Assembly: GCA_051294905.1 (NCBI GenBank)
Contig: CM119383.1
Span: forward strand, 10,044,001-10,108,000
Direction of reading: 5' to 3'
Origin: Botryllus schlosseri
Taxonomy: Eukaryota
Length of the DNA: 64,000 nt
The number at the start of each line of letters is the position of its first letter. Position 1 is the stretch's first letter. Positions 11,973 to 25,100 of this stretch are shown here, in pieces. Made by a program: the position numbers and the translations under genes. The notes under the pieces are model-generated. The model did not search any database. It saw only the letters and a list, made by a program, of their open reading frames with translations, and was not told where the DNA came from.

Positions 11973-13509
11973 ACATGTCACGGAAGGCGAGATCGATAGG
12001 TCAGCTAGTCGTGGTTCGGTAATCTTGAGGGCGGACTAGTATTCATTTAGTATAAATTGCATGTATTACGACTTGGATGTGGACATGCTCATTGCTCATA
12101 TGTATTTATACAAACATTCATATAAGCATTTCGAGGGTACAAAAGGACCCCATCTCCTCTCTTAGGCGTTTGTATGAATGCAAATCTAAGATTATTAAAA
12201 TCTGGATGCTAGAAATCGTTTATACCTAAAGCACTCACAAATGGCTGCACAACTTCGAAATTTGGGTCTGTTAGAATATCATCACCGTCATCGGCATATA
12301 GCTTAATATATCTATGACAGTATGTAGCGGACTCGCTCTCTCTTTGATAAATATTTTGATATCGTGAATTCGTGAGGTAGGCTACTACCGTGCATGGTCG
12401 GGTCGTGGTCATTTTGACCCCCTACTCGCCGCGTCATGAGCATCGCATTGAATAATGTCATTATCGTGCCGATGAAAATACTAGCACGCCGGAATCCAAA
12501 TAGTAAGTTTCGTTTTTGTGCCCTTGGGAAGACTTCACTTTCAGTCAGTTTTTGCCACGGATACTTGGAGGTACTCTATAAATCCCCGTTTCTCCAAACA
12601 AATTTAAGTTCGCCCGATTTCTGGTGATAACTATAACAGAGTAGGCTATATCTTATTCAAGGGGAATTGAAACTTTCATCAGAACTTGCTTGATTTACTA
12701 ACCATTTCGCGTTACGGGTAGTATACACGCCTACGATTCTCATTGAAGGAATGAATTTTTGTGATATAGCATAGTTGAGTTTTTCACTAGTGACTTGATT
12801 CACGTTTCTCGCAGATTACACTAGTCAACACATATTTTTATGCAGACAAAGTAAGAGTGGTTTTGAGGGTTCTGAAGGGCACTGATTCCGAATATGACCT
12901 TAGTTTTTTTTCAAATTGGCTCTTGTTTTGGAGATAACCCATGGGGCTATTTTGACCACAATCTCCCATTTTCGCTGTAATGACGAGATAGAAAAATCGG
13001 CTCAGTCGCACTATAAAGTTTAGAAATTCAATCTACTTGTTATCTTTACACACAAAAGACTCTTTTAAATCAAAATACAGCAACAGCACTATATTTAGGG
13101 GTATTATATTTATCATAGTCATACACTTTCACGGATATCATGTAGCCTACATAACTGTACTCCAGCCACGTATATAAGTATTTACATGGATACTCAAATA
13201 GCGTGGCATTAATTCAATCAGTTTTACGTCAACCACCTATTGTAAATTTGAAATAATCAGTTGGAATATAATATTATTCAAGGCTGTGTCAACAAAAATA
13301 GTGCATTGAACGCTCTCGTATTCGAAATTTCATGCTGGTGACGTCATATCTTGTGCTACGATTGTTGATATACGCTGTTCTTTTCAATTCTCTACTAGTT
13401 GCTGACGATTACCCCTGACGAGTGTCAGTCGAAAATATTCGGGTTCATTTCAATATGAATATACTATTCAATTATTATAAAGCATATTTGTTTTTTGTGC
13501 GATTTTCGC

Positions 13510-14208
13510 CTGTAAGCAATTTAGTGCAGTTTCTCGAAAGGTTCCAGCAATGGTCTGCCATAATATATTCATCTCATCTGCCCTAATATCTTTCTGTTGT
13601 TGTTTTGATGTCTGGGTGGAACCTCTCCACACACTTGCAATCAACAAGATCATCAGGAAATATATCAAGATGACTGAACAGAAAGTGAACTTTTATGCTC
13701 GTTTAAAGTTTTTCATATGCAGATACGAATTTTCGGACCAACTGTTTGTAGTTGGGTGCTTTTTGATCAGTGATCCTCTAAAAGTTTTATGTACAACATC
13801 TTAGGATAAATGCCATGCAGTGAACTCCTTCCTAATATGAAATTGGAATCTTTCATCCGTATTCGAATCGGAAATCTATCAAAGATTCCAGATTTAAGCT
13901 TCTCGTTTGGTAGGGATACTATAGGTATACCCACTTTGTTGAGTTCAGCGGAAAATTATCCATTTACAAGTCAAAAGAAATGAGACTAATATGATTATTG
14001 TAGTTATGCTTTTCAAGGACAAATTTTATAGATTTAGACTCCTTTTTAATCTTGGTAGAATGACCATTGATACAGGAGAATATGTATTTCCGTAGTGCGA
14101 AAGTACAATTTTTAGGCTTGACAAATTGCTTTTTTGACTAACAAATATGTCGCACCTGGTCCTGTTAATATTGATAGAATGACTGTTAACGACTTGCGGG
14201 TTCTTCAT
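13510..14208 (-). pseudogene. Chapaev3-like transposase relic with stops, frameshifts and an internal deletion
   Basis: Frame-hopping translation gives SLKIVLSHYGNTY, GHSTKIKKESKSIKFVLEKHNYN, QSGYT, LPNEKLKSGIFD, KAPNYKQLVRKFVSAYEKL*TSIKVHFLFSHLDIFPDDL..ERFHPDIKTTTERY*GR*DEYIMADHCWNL. This matches, in order, the recalled family motif SIKVHFLHSHLDFFP..GERFHQDIK.ME.RYQGRW...MADYCW. Confidence 0.8.
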
Positions 14209-14291
14209 AAGTAATTATATATTTATGAGCAGTATAAAATTAGAAGTCTTCATAAGTAATTATATATTTATGCGCAGTATAAAATTAGAAG
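14202..14291. repeat. 45-bp tandem duplication (2 copies, 1 mismatch)
   Basis: tcttcataagtaattatatatttatg(a/c)gcagtataaaattagaag occurs twice in tandem. Confidence 0.9.
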
Positions 14292-15118
14292 AAACTACAA
14301 TTTTCTTTCGATCAAGCGAGATATTCAAGGGTAAATACGGTAATTTTGGGCTTTTTTAGGGGTATAAATACCTCCTGATTGAGAGTAAATCTGGAAAAAC
14401 TAATGTGATATTCGTAATTGGCAACCTCGAAAACCCCAGAAACGGCTCTCAGATGTTCTGCCCAAATAAATCTTTCATTTCGCTGACCAGTATTTCGGAT
14501 CCGCTGGCGCGCGCTCAGGTATGTTCGATTCACATGTTATCGCGCGTTATGACTGGGTTAGGTCTGTGACAGACACGCAGGCGGAAAAGTCAAGAGCACC
14601 GCTACCATCAATCAACTGTAATGTGTTCTGAATACTGTACCGCTTTAGCGAGTACAATCCAAATAAAGCGAAATCGATATGTCCTATGAGGACATGCACA
14701 CTGGCCGAATTAGTCGCAATTGATGAAACTATACATCCATCCATTTACTAGTATTTACGGTGAGCACGTCAATTTGCTCAATTTCCAATACATTCCCAAT
14801 AGGCGCTAGTATCGGTGATTAGCTCGTAGAGTACCGCTGGGTGATTCGGAAACACCGAAGACAATCCAGTATTATTTGACCATGCCCATGCCCATGTCGT
14901 TTCCCGCGTGACAGTCCAGCGGCTTGATCACGACTACACAGAAATTTCATTTCCATCAACGTGCGAAGATTTGCACTGCATGTTCAGGATGCTGGATGCG
15001 ATTAATCAGGTTTCAAGGTAGGAAAAAGTACAGAAACTTGCTTGTTGATAATATTAACCCTTAGTGAAAATTGACGTACAATTCCAGTACCTGAAAAATG
15101 TCTCTCATTAATCTAATG

Positions 15119-15287
15119 CAGTGGTTCCCAACGTGGGCGATATCGCCCCCCAGGGGGCGATTTGGCGATCTAGGGGGGCGAAAATGACGAAGGGGGCGAC
15201 AGGGGGGCGAAAATGGACAAAGGGGGCGACGGGGGGCGAAAATAGCGAAGGGGGCGATAGGGGGGCGATGACGCGTAAAACGGCTGA

Positions 15288-15318
<31 letters not shown>

Positions 15319-15516
15319 GTCATCCACCTAGCAATGCGGAGCGAAAAAACGTTATTTTCAGCTCTGAGCGGAGAAAGATGACCTTTTTTTTTTTGAGTCA
15401 ACCCGCCGGTGATTACAGTCTGTATGCCCAATTATCGGTGCACAAAATTTGGGGGGCGATGATCGGTGTTGACCTTGAAAAGGGGGCGATGGGTCGAAAA
15501 AGGTTGGGAACCACTG
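15119..15516. mobile_element. Young hAT (Buster/Charlie-type) MITE
   Basis: TIRs CAGTGGTTCCCAAC and GTTGGGAACCACTG; perfect 8-bp TSD ATCTAATG; subterminal GGGGGCGA repeats; internal poly-T module. Confidence 0.92.
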
Positions 15517-16178
15517 ATCTAATGGAATCATGACGATTAATACTCAAATCACAGAGTTCACTCCTCTCAATGAGCATGAGCAGTGAGCACAGATTACACA
15601 CCTGTTAAGTCAAGTCTGTTAAGGAGTCGATCGGGATTAACTGTAACTGTAGCAGTCCACGGATACCTACTAAACACAGCACAGCACATAGAGGACTTGT
15701 GGCACCCTTAGGGCCCGAATTTTTCATGTAATACGCATCGTCTGCTAATCTAAACAAGGAGAGCCACACAGCGAAAGAATGACAGCAAAGTTATCATGCC
15801 GTACGTTAGTAACTGGGGAGGCTTCGAAACAAAAGCAAAATCGATAATAACCTCAACAAAACGCTTAAAAGTTCCGCAAATCGCCGGGAATTCAATATCA
15901 CCAAGCCAGCTGAAAAAGAACACTAGTCTCCAAACGCTGACGATGAAAAAAAAGAAGTAAATATACTCTTCATGATCACGAAACTTGCTATATATATGTT
16001 GAATTTGTTTCATGCGACGGGATTTTCGCGACACAGGCAATCCGACGAATACAATTATTACCTATCGCGACGAGGCCCGTCAATCATTTTCAGGCGCGGC
16101 CGTGCCTATCGCCGGGGCACCCGACGTGAAATCGAACTCAAGAAACACACGCCAGACTGGGGGGGGGGGCTTTGCTGT

Positions 16179-19100
16179 TCATTGTTCCGTGGAACCGCTG
16201 ACTAAAACTGGGAAACTGGACACGGGACAGGCGGTGGGCGACCGAACCAAGTCGGACATGTTGGACGCCCCGGCGGTAAACTGTGGCGCCGAGCGGGCCC
16301 CCAGGTCTTTTTTCAAATCCGAGGGGCGCTGCGTTTTTTCTCCATTGTCGTTACGCCTCGTGGGTGTATTTTCACCGAAACCACCTCTGCCCGAAATCGC
16401 GCCTGCTCCGGTCGCCTGGACGCTGTCGATTCCATCGTGGGCCGGCGGATCGGATTTTGAAATGTCCGTATCGGCTGTGACACGCTGTCCTTTCTTTGAG
16501 ACGGGCTTTGCCGTCGGCGGACACGTGGGATTCCGGCAGTCGACCGGCATGGCGCGGGCCCGGGCCGCCGACGGCAGTGGCGCGTGGGGCTGCGTGTCGT
16601 CCTGCCCCGTTGATTCGTTTTCGACACGCAGGGTGTGGATCAGCTCGCGTACGAATAGAGACTGTTCCGCGATTTCCGTTTGTTGCGCATCGTCGCTTTC
16701 GCCGACGTCACTCCGATATATCCTGGAACAATATTATAGAAGATATCAGTGAAATGAATTCTTTTATAATTAATATAAAAATATATAAATATATGCTCTA
16801 CCCAAGGGGTTCCCAACATACGAGTCTCGACTCCAATGAGGCCGTTTGCCTTTTCTCTAGCGTGGCGGGGATGAAAATTAAATACCAATGACTACTACAA
16901 GAATGGATGGTATCGACAGCTCATTTCTGAAAATTTTACTTCAATTTACAACATAGAAAAGACCTCTGAAGAATGTGAACGGAGCGAACAAGTAATCAGA
17001 TCAGTTGAAGCGTCATTCTAAAGCGCCACCTACTATGCCTTAAGGTTGGTGTGTGGACAGTGGATACCACTAGGACGATTAAGGTGCTGCGTACATAGAA
17101 ATTAACAGGACAGGAATTTCTCCTTCCAGGAAAACTACAAGTGACCGGTAGTGCTATGTGCTTGGGGTGTATTTAATTTGTCAATGTCGCCAGCACTACT
17201 CGATTGGATATAGATCGAAATCGTTTCAAAAGACCTTTATACGTTGCTATAGTATTGACAGACAGAGGTCGGCCAGTTCATTACTGCTTATAAAATTTGC
17301 TATTACTACGCACACAGTCACCGTCATCGGCTTCCACAATCCACATACGCCGTGTGTGGGCGAAGATGCTGACCATTTTTCTAGTAATCAGCACACCAAA
17401 TTAAGAGTGGGGTTGCGGAATATTTTCAAATCGAAATTTGGGGTCACGACCATAAAAAGGTTGGAACCCCTGCTCTGCCCACCCCAGTGGTTTGGATAAC
17501 TTTCACTTCCGCTGGAACAGGAACTTGGTAAGGCAAAACTGCTTACCTCTCTGAATCTCTGTATATTACGTATAGCCTAATACTGTTCTGTACTATCGTG
17601 ACCTTAAACTTAGACACGACTCTCAAGTCATTTTCTAAAAATCGAAAATTACTCAACTTGACACGAGTGCATTTGTGTGTCGACTCGACTTGTACTCGAG
17701 TCATTATATATTACTTGACTCAAGTCTCGTGTATCAGGACCGATACATAGAAAAATAGGCGCAGAAACCTGTTTGAATAAACAGTTGAGAGTGAGAAAAA
17801 TGAGTATGCCTATATTATGAATGCGAGGTCTTCGATATCACCCCAAGAGTTGAACCTGTCTTGAATTCAATAATGAACAGTGAACTCTTATGACTTGAAC
17901 AGGAAGATAGATACCCTTTTCACCAAGTTCATATCATAAAGGTTTGTGATGATGTAATATGATGAAAGTTCAATCATTCTCTCTACTAATCAAAATTATG
18001 CTAGCTTGAGAAAAAAATCACCTCATAGGTCCGCCAAACCAGATTCTGTTGTGTAAAGCAGCAATGTAACAAATTGGCATTGCAAACTTGGTAAAACCAA
18101 CCGACATTTTAATGGCGGTCTAAAAATCAATTATTTTCTTGTAACGTTTTTTCTGTACATTTTTTAGACCAAGTTCTATGGTAGTGAGATAGAAACATGT
18201 TGCTTCCGCAGCTTTTAAGCCCAAAACTAGCTTTCTAGCATAAGCGGTTATCAAGACATGGCAAAATTAGCTATTTTCAGCTCGTTCGGTGAAATTGCAC
18301 GGCCACTAGAGGGTGCAGGAAGATGAAATGATGATAGAAGTAATTCATTCGAGATTTCGGACCACATATCAAATTCGTTGCCCCACATCAAATCAATTCA
18401 GAAGGCCGTGCCATACCTCCGACGAAACTTTCTCTAAGCGAATTACACAGTGGACCGAAAAATATCGCGCAATTCCAACTCAAAACCATCGGCACTCACT
18501 GTGACAATAACAATCTCGGGTCCTCATCTTCCGTTACAGCTGTCGAAGCGTCTTTATCAGTTCCTTTCGCCGCCGTCGCGTAACTCTTGCTTTGATTATT
18601 CATCGATTGAAGGCCGTTCTGTTTCGCGCTCTGGCCGGCCTGGATTTTCGCCGGGATACGATCGAGCTGAAATAGGACATCGGTGAATGCCAGATTGGCG
18701 GTAGCAAAAGACGTGGCAACCTCGTCCTCCGTTGTCTCGTCTGAAGAACCGCTAACAACATCCCAACCGTCGTCATCATCAGACATTATTCTATAGGTCA
18801 TCAACATACCAAGGACGTATCGGCGTGGGATATAACCGCAGGTTTAACTGAATGGCGAATGACAGCGAAAAAAGGACCCGTCAAAAAGTGCGCCCTATCC
18901 GAGCATTCATACGTAACTGCAGACATAGCAGAATGGTAAATACTTAGATAAAGCTCAGACGCGTTATAATGCATTGTACATATATGTAAACAATTTCAGA
19001 CAAAAAACTGTAGACATCGGGATAAACTCTCATTTCGAAAAAGACTACGCGGTACTCCACCCTTGTTACATGTTTGGGTTAGGGCTTCAGCCAGTGGTCG

Positions 19101-22100
19101 GACTCAGCTGGTTCTATAGAGCCGTCAAGAAGCTTTATGAGATCAGTGAATTAATAATACTGGTTACTGTCAACGAATTTTTGTAGCAGAACTGGCTGAA
19201 AAATATGGCAGAATTGTGATAGTAACGACTGAAAAAATTCTGAATCTGACCACTGGTTCAGGCTCTACGATTCAATAAGAACATGCCAATGTGTTGCCTG
19301 AAATAACTTCATTCCTGCCACTCAAATGAACAGTCAGTCAAACGATAAAAACGGCACTTTTAAATGTGTGACTTAAACTGTAAACCAGTCGATCAGTCAT
19401 TCAGTCGATAAACAACCAATTTTGGTGTTCAAATGAGCCGTTACTCAGTTGATATAGGCTGCATATACAAGTTGATTTACAGACGGCAGGAATACACAGA
19501 TCTCCAAGTAACGGATATATTTAATCACATCCTAATCCTGAGATTTGCAGTGGGTAGTGTGCCATAAATTGAACAAGTAATCTCCAGGCAATTTGTAACC
19601 TGTATGTAGGACTGCGCTACCGTAGTACTTTATCCATGCGTGATAGGGATTGCCTAAAACCAACTTCCAAAGGCAGAAAAAATTATTAACTGCAAAAAGT
19701 AGATACATTATCCACACTTCCTCAACAGGACAGGTAAATGTGACATGGTGCTAGGTCAGTGGTTCCCAACCTTTTTCCGCCCACGTACCATTCCGAGGTT
19801 TTATGCAGTGCTCGCGTACCACCTAAATATGAATTACACGCGCCAAAGACAGTAAAAAATGTCTCCACCTTGTTGAGCTCCTGAAGGCAGCGAAACAGAA
19901 AATAAACTAGTACATGATTTCTGTGGTGGATCCATTTGGAATTCTTGTGGTCAAATATGTTAAAACCGAATTTGGTTAGGTAAGAATCCCAATGCGTCAC
20001 GACTGGATCTCTTCCCCGTAGGCCTTCATTGGTGGGATTGCCCCTACCGACGACGACGACCTTACCACGATGACTATGGCTTTGAAAAACTCAAAATCAA
20101 GCCCACCTGAACTAATAACTCCCTTCGGTCAAAAAAAGACGGAATCAACTTGTGTACCACCTGGAAGACCTTCGCGTACCACTAGTGGTACGCGTACCAC
20201 AGATTGGGAACCACTGTGCTAGGTGATAGAACTTCTCACGAACGACTTGAATTTGGATAATTAGAATTATATTTCACCATTTCTCCACTTAAGACTCTGG
20301 AAACAAGACTGAATGCCCACTTCAAAATCAAAACAAGTTACAAGTTTGTAACGTCAGAAATAGGCCACCCCATAACGTCCACATTCAGTCTCGGCAGACA
20401 TTCGAACAAACATACTTTCATACATTCATCAGGCAGAACACTCAAATGACTCAATACCCAGTTAACACGAGTATGTGCCAAACAACGTTGAAATTATCCA
20501 GAATGGTGGGAGCACCTACCCCAGGTTTTGAGTTGACAATAATAAAGAAATCATTATCACGACTACAAGCTCGACAATGTGTTGGAAACCCACATGCTGC
20601 ATACAATAATTCCAGTTTATATTCGCATACCAACAAGTCGAGGCGATTTAATTTGATATGAATGCAGCTGATTAAAGAATTACAGCTGGCAAACATACAA
20701 AAAACATGTCTTTGAACAAGGCCTATGTCACCATGATTAGTGACGCCCAAGTGCCCTGCCTGCTCAGAATTCAACCGCACTCAACTGTGTCATCTTCTGT
20801 CTTAATTTTCCGAGGTCCTTGCAAAGCTACCATGTTCTGCAATTCAATTGTGAAAGGCAGCGGTACGGGTGGGGGAAGCGGTATGACATCCTGATCCGGC
20901 CCGTTAAAAGAAGTGCCGTAGTGACGAGTGGATTCATTATTGGTTGGTCGGCGGCCTTTCACCTGTGATCTGCGGAACCTGCGCGTTACTTGAATATCTT
21001 CGGCCATATGGCATCCCATATCCTATCTTGTCAGATAATGTATGTCTATGATATTCGGCGGATAACCGACTAAACAATTATGTCATTGGGCCTAGCTCAC
21101 GTCAGCAGACCAACAATGTGATTAGCAGAGGCTTACCCTATGCAATCTATTGCATTTACAGATTACAATAAATGATAGAATTTAAACTATTATAGAACTT
21201 ACAACATTTGAAACATATAACCTTGAAGTTAATTCCATACTGACAGTTCACCTGCAACAACAAAGACTCACCTTCTAGTACTCCCGACATTACTTTGCCC
21301 ATTCGAGTTGGGATTTCTAGCAAGGCTCCTAGAGAAAGTTCTCTTCCTAGATGACATAACCTACCCTTCCTAGAAACTAACTGCAAATTCCTCACCAACT
21401 ATATATCTGCCCCAGTTCTGAAATGCCTCACCTCAATCTTGCTATGAAAGTTGACTGATATCCTGAATCATGCATTATGACATCATAATCACAGCCATTG
21501 CCAAGAAAATCTGAGGAGCATCATACTATGCAGCTACCGCACTCGCACGTGCTGTTCTGACCAATCGAGTGAGGTAACAGATGGGGAAATAGGATTTCAT
21601 TGATTAGCACTGATTATGAAGCAGACAACATCAATAGTTTTGAAGAGGATAGAGCACAATTGTAATGGAAACATTCAATACTAAATTGGCTATTAACGCA
21701 GTCTACTGATTTGGCGGTTGAACAGTTGATACTGATGACCACATACTTCGATTAGACGTACATTGGGAAGCAACACAGCCAACAAGATCATGACCACAAA
21801 AGAACACAGTACATATAGATGTCAAACAAGAATGAAGCAGCCAGAGAATTTAATCCCCGAAAATGTTATTCCTGATTTCTGACCGACCATCACCACAGCA
21901 ACCATGACAATGGCTACAGCAAGAAAATACGAGACATCATGGTCTAAGACACGGGTCACCAACCTTTTTGAAGTCAAGAGCTACATCTTGGGTAATGATT
22001 AAAGCGAAGGGCTACTAATTTGAAGGGGCAATGGGTCCTTCTCCCTGGTCCTATCGGCGATGCGAAAAATCCAAGTCTGATTTTTGCAGAGGGGTATCAA

Positions 22101-25100
22101 TCAGGTAGTCCATTTCAACAATGAACACCAACACACTCTTGTTTTATACACACAGACCATTGTTTCTATTCCGCCTACAAACCGGAGATTGCGGATTAAA
22201 AGCACATCTCAATAGAATTGGTTTGTCAGCTTCTCCAAATTGCGAATGGTGTAATGAACTAGAAGATGTATCACACTGCTTACTGGATTGTCGAAAGTAG
22301 TCGTCAAAGGAAAGCACTGATTAACAGCAGGGTTGTAATGACTCGAGTCATGACTCGATTCGAGTCCGACTCGAGTCACGATTTTCTGATGACTCGACTT
22401 GACTGGAGTCATTTTCTCAAAATACGGAAATGACTCGACTCGAGTCAATCTGTGTATTGACTCGACTTGGACTCGAGTCATTGCGCATGACTCGAGCCAA
22501 GTCATATGACTCGAGACGCAGACGGCCAATACCGACATTTCATTGTAATTTCGAAGAATAGTCAAGTAACCACAATATTGGGATTTCGTCTATTCGTACT
22601 GGTACTTGAAAATGCAATCAGAAACTGCTAAAAGTGAGGAAAATGAATATATTATAAATGCGAACCATTCGATATCACCAAACAGAGTTATAAAAAGTGG
22701 GTTTAACAAGACTTTAACAGAAAACTGAGCAGTCAACACAATGACTTGGACTCGACTCGAGTCATATTACCGTGACTCGGACTCGACCCTCTTTTCGCTG
22801 ACTTGGACTTGACTCGGTGGTGAATTGAAAATGACTCGACTTGACTCGAGTCAAAACTATAAAAGTGAGATTGACTTGTGACTCGGTGCCTTGTGACTTG
22901 GTTACAACCCTGATTAACAAATGCTCGCATTTCAAAGTACCAACAAAGGATGTCATAGATTTCACTCATGTTGCTTAGACCTAGTCAAGGCAGACAATAT
23001 AGATCAAAATCTGGGAATAGGACCCCTCAAATATATGAGCTCCTCAAAAAGTCGCAATTACGTACAACACAGAAGTCAGGAGGTATAGCGGTTTCCATAA
23101 AGCCACAGCCAACAAATTGCAAATATCGAACTTGCTGACCCTCAATATGAGCACTTCAATTGTGACTCCGATGATCATAAAAGTTGCCTACTCCTCACAA
23201 GAATTGACAGCGGCTTTTCAGGCATCACCTACACACCTACAATTTCATGAGTCACCTCAAAACGATTCCATCATATACTCTACTCATCTTACCGAGCTAA
23301 CTGTCACCACGAGACGCATTCAACGACACCATCAAAACGCATGAAACAATATCAACACACAACGGGTACCTGCTGTCTTATGATAGACGCCCTCTGCCTT
23401 TCCAACTGGAGTTGCGCCTGCAGCTCCTGCAGTTGCGACGACGTTGACACGTTCTGTTGCAGCTGCTGGGCACTGCGTCTCACTCCGCTCAATTGAGATA
23501 GTAGCTCTGGTGAAAATGAAAAAGCATATGTCAACGCCGGTTCAAGGATGAGAGGTCAACCGTTGACCAGAGGAGATTAAAGTGTAACATCACATTACCA
23601 AATAAGTCTCTGACTGACACAATACAGTGAAGTGGTGTCACTCTTATTTTCAATGTGGGATAAATCGACAGTTCAACTGCCTTCAAAGGAAAGATGTAAT
23701 CTACTGCCGCACAGCTAAAATATATCATCAGATTTGGGCATAGCCCGGCTTGCAATTGCAATGAAGGTCACATCTAGAATTCTGGCCCGACACATAAATC
23801 GTGACGTGGGCCTGTGCTCAGAGTTGGGCCATTGCTTATCAAGCTTATTAGTTTTGAGCAAGATTCCAGATAAGCCACCCCATGTGATACCATGATCACA
23901 ATCTTCATAGTTTTATCGTGTCAGTACAGCATTTTTGCATGAAAAAATAAATAAGCACGACAGTAAAGTCAAGTAAAAACTGCATTTACACTAACGTAAG
24001 CCAGAATAAGTCAGCCGTTCAAGCTACTAGCCAGTTTATATTCAGTTTCTTGATACATGGGTTATTTTGTCCAGGATGCAATCATCTTCCAAACTACTCT
24101 CTACCACCCAAATTCCAAAGTGTAAAAAGTAACCGGTTTTGTCCAAAAAACTGTCAAGTAGAAGTGGAACTACTTGTACTACGGAAGTGAGTAATGCAAG
24201 CAGGAAAAACCTACTCGAGTACTACAAATAAGTAGAAGTAATTCATGACTCTGAAAAAATATGGACACCAAGACGAAGTCAAAAAACACAAGAAGAGTCA
24301 ACTCAGACTGCTAGCAGAGCAATCTTCCAAAAAGCAACACACATCTCGAAGATTGATAACATCTCCACGACACACCTACGACATTCAACACAAAACATCA
24401 TTTCACAAACTTGAGTGGATAAAATTACCTGCGATAGGGTCGGAAAACGGTTCTCTAGACTGCGGCAGAGCCGTCGCCGCCGCGTTAGAAACCGCGCTGA
24501 ATCCAGGAACTAGACTGGATGGACCGCTGGAAAAATGCATCCCGGTGTTTCCGTTACGGTGGTGCCGAGGTCCGCGTATGCCGCGCCCCGGATGAAACAT
24601 CCCTACAAGAACGACAATGTGAGGTAGCGGAGCCGTGAATTTGTACCGAGTTACAAGTGGAAATAGAACATAAAAGGTCAAAAACCAAAGTCCATTTGGT
24701 CGAGGTGTCGCATACTCAGCTCAATGTTTAAATTGTTTATAAACCTTTTTGCGACATTACCCCTCGAGCTATAATAATTTTTCATACCCCTGTCCATGAT
24801 TGAAACAGCGCTTTATCAGGCCGCCACCAAGCGCTGGGCTTGAGCCCTCATAGGGTTGTTAACAGAACTTCTAATATTGACCACTTCACATTACCATTCA
24901 CACCAAGGCCACTGAACTATTGTTAGCATAGGTGTAGGTGTGTAGTTGTAGAAGTTTAAAATTTGCTCAGGTCGACAATAACTTTCATGAAATAATTTAC
25001 ATTCAATTTACTCGTTTTCAAATCGCTACACATAATTGTGCAATCTACACGCGAGTAGTTAGAAGTCTACAAGCCCTGAAGACAGGAAACTAAGCTTTAC

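Larger units (their letters stand above)
12819..14492 (-). mobile_element. Decayed CMC/Chapaev3-like DNA transposon
   Basis: Degenerate TIRs of about 85 bp starting CACTAG/TACTGG, flanked by TTA/TTT, enclose a disrupted transposase, a nested repeat (13230-13500) and a 45-bp tandem duplication. Confidence 0.7.

Noticed and set aside
13468-13668. ORF with an apparent signal peptide (MIYFLMILLIASVW...)
   Set aside because: Wrong frame of the transposase relic; it starts at TTG and its stop comes from a nested repeat.
15108-15431. ORFs with poly-Lys or poly-Phe runs
   Set aside because: Translations of a MITE poly-T tract.
16012-16752. 246-aa plus-strand ORF and overlapping ORFs at 16283, 16313 and 16496
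   Set aside because: Antisense or out-of-frame shadows of the GC-rich last KCMF1 exon; no recognisable homology.
22209-22969. ORFs with TRVES-like repeats (also 44552 and 56627)
   Set aside because: Translations of GACTCGAGTC subterminal repeats.
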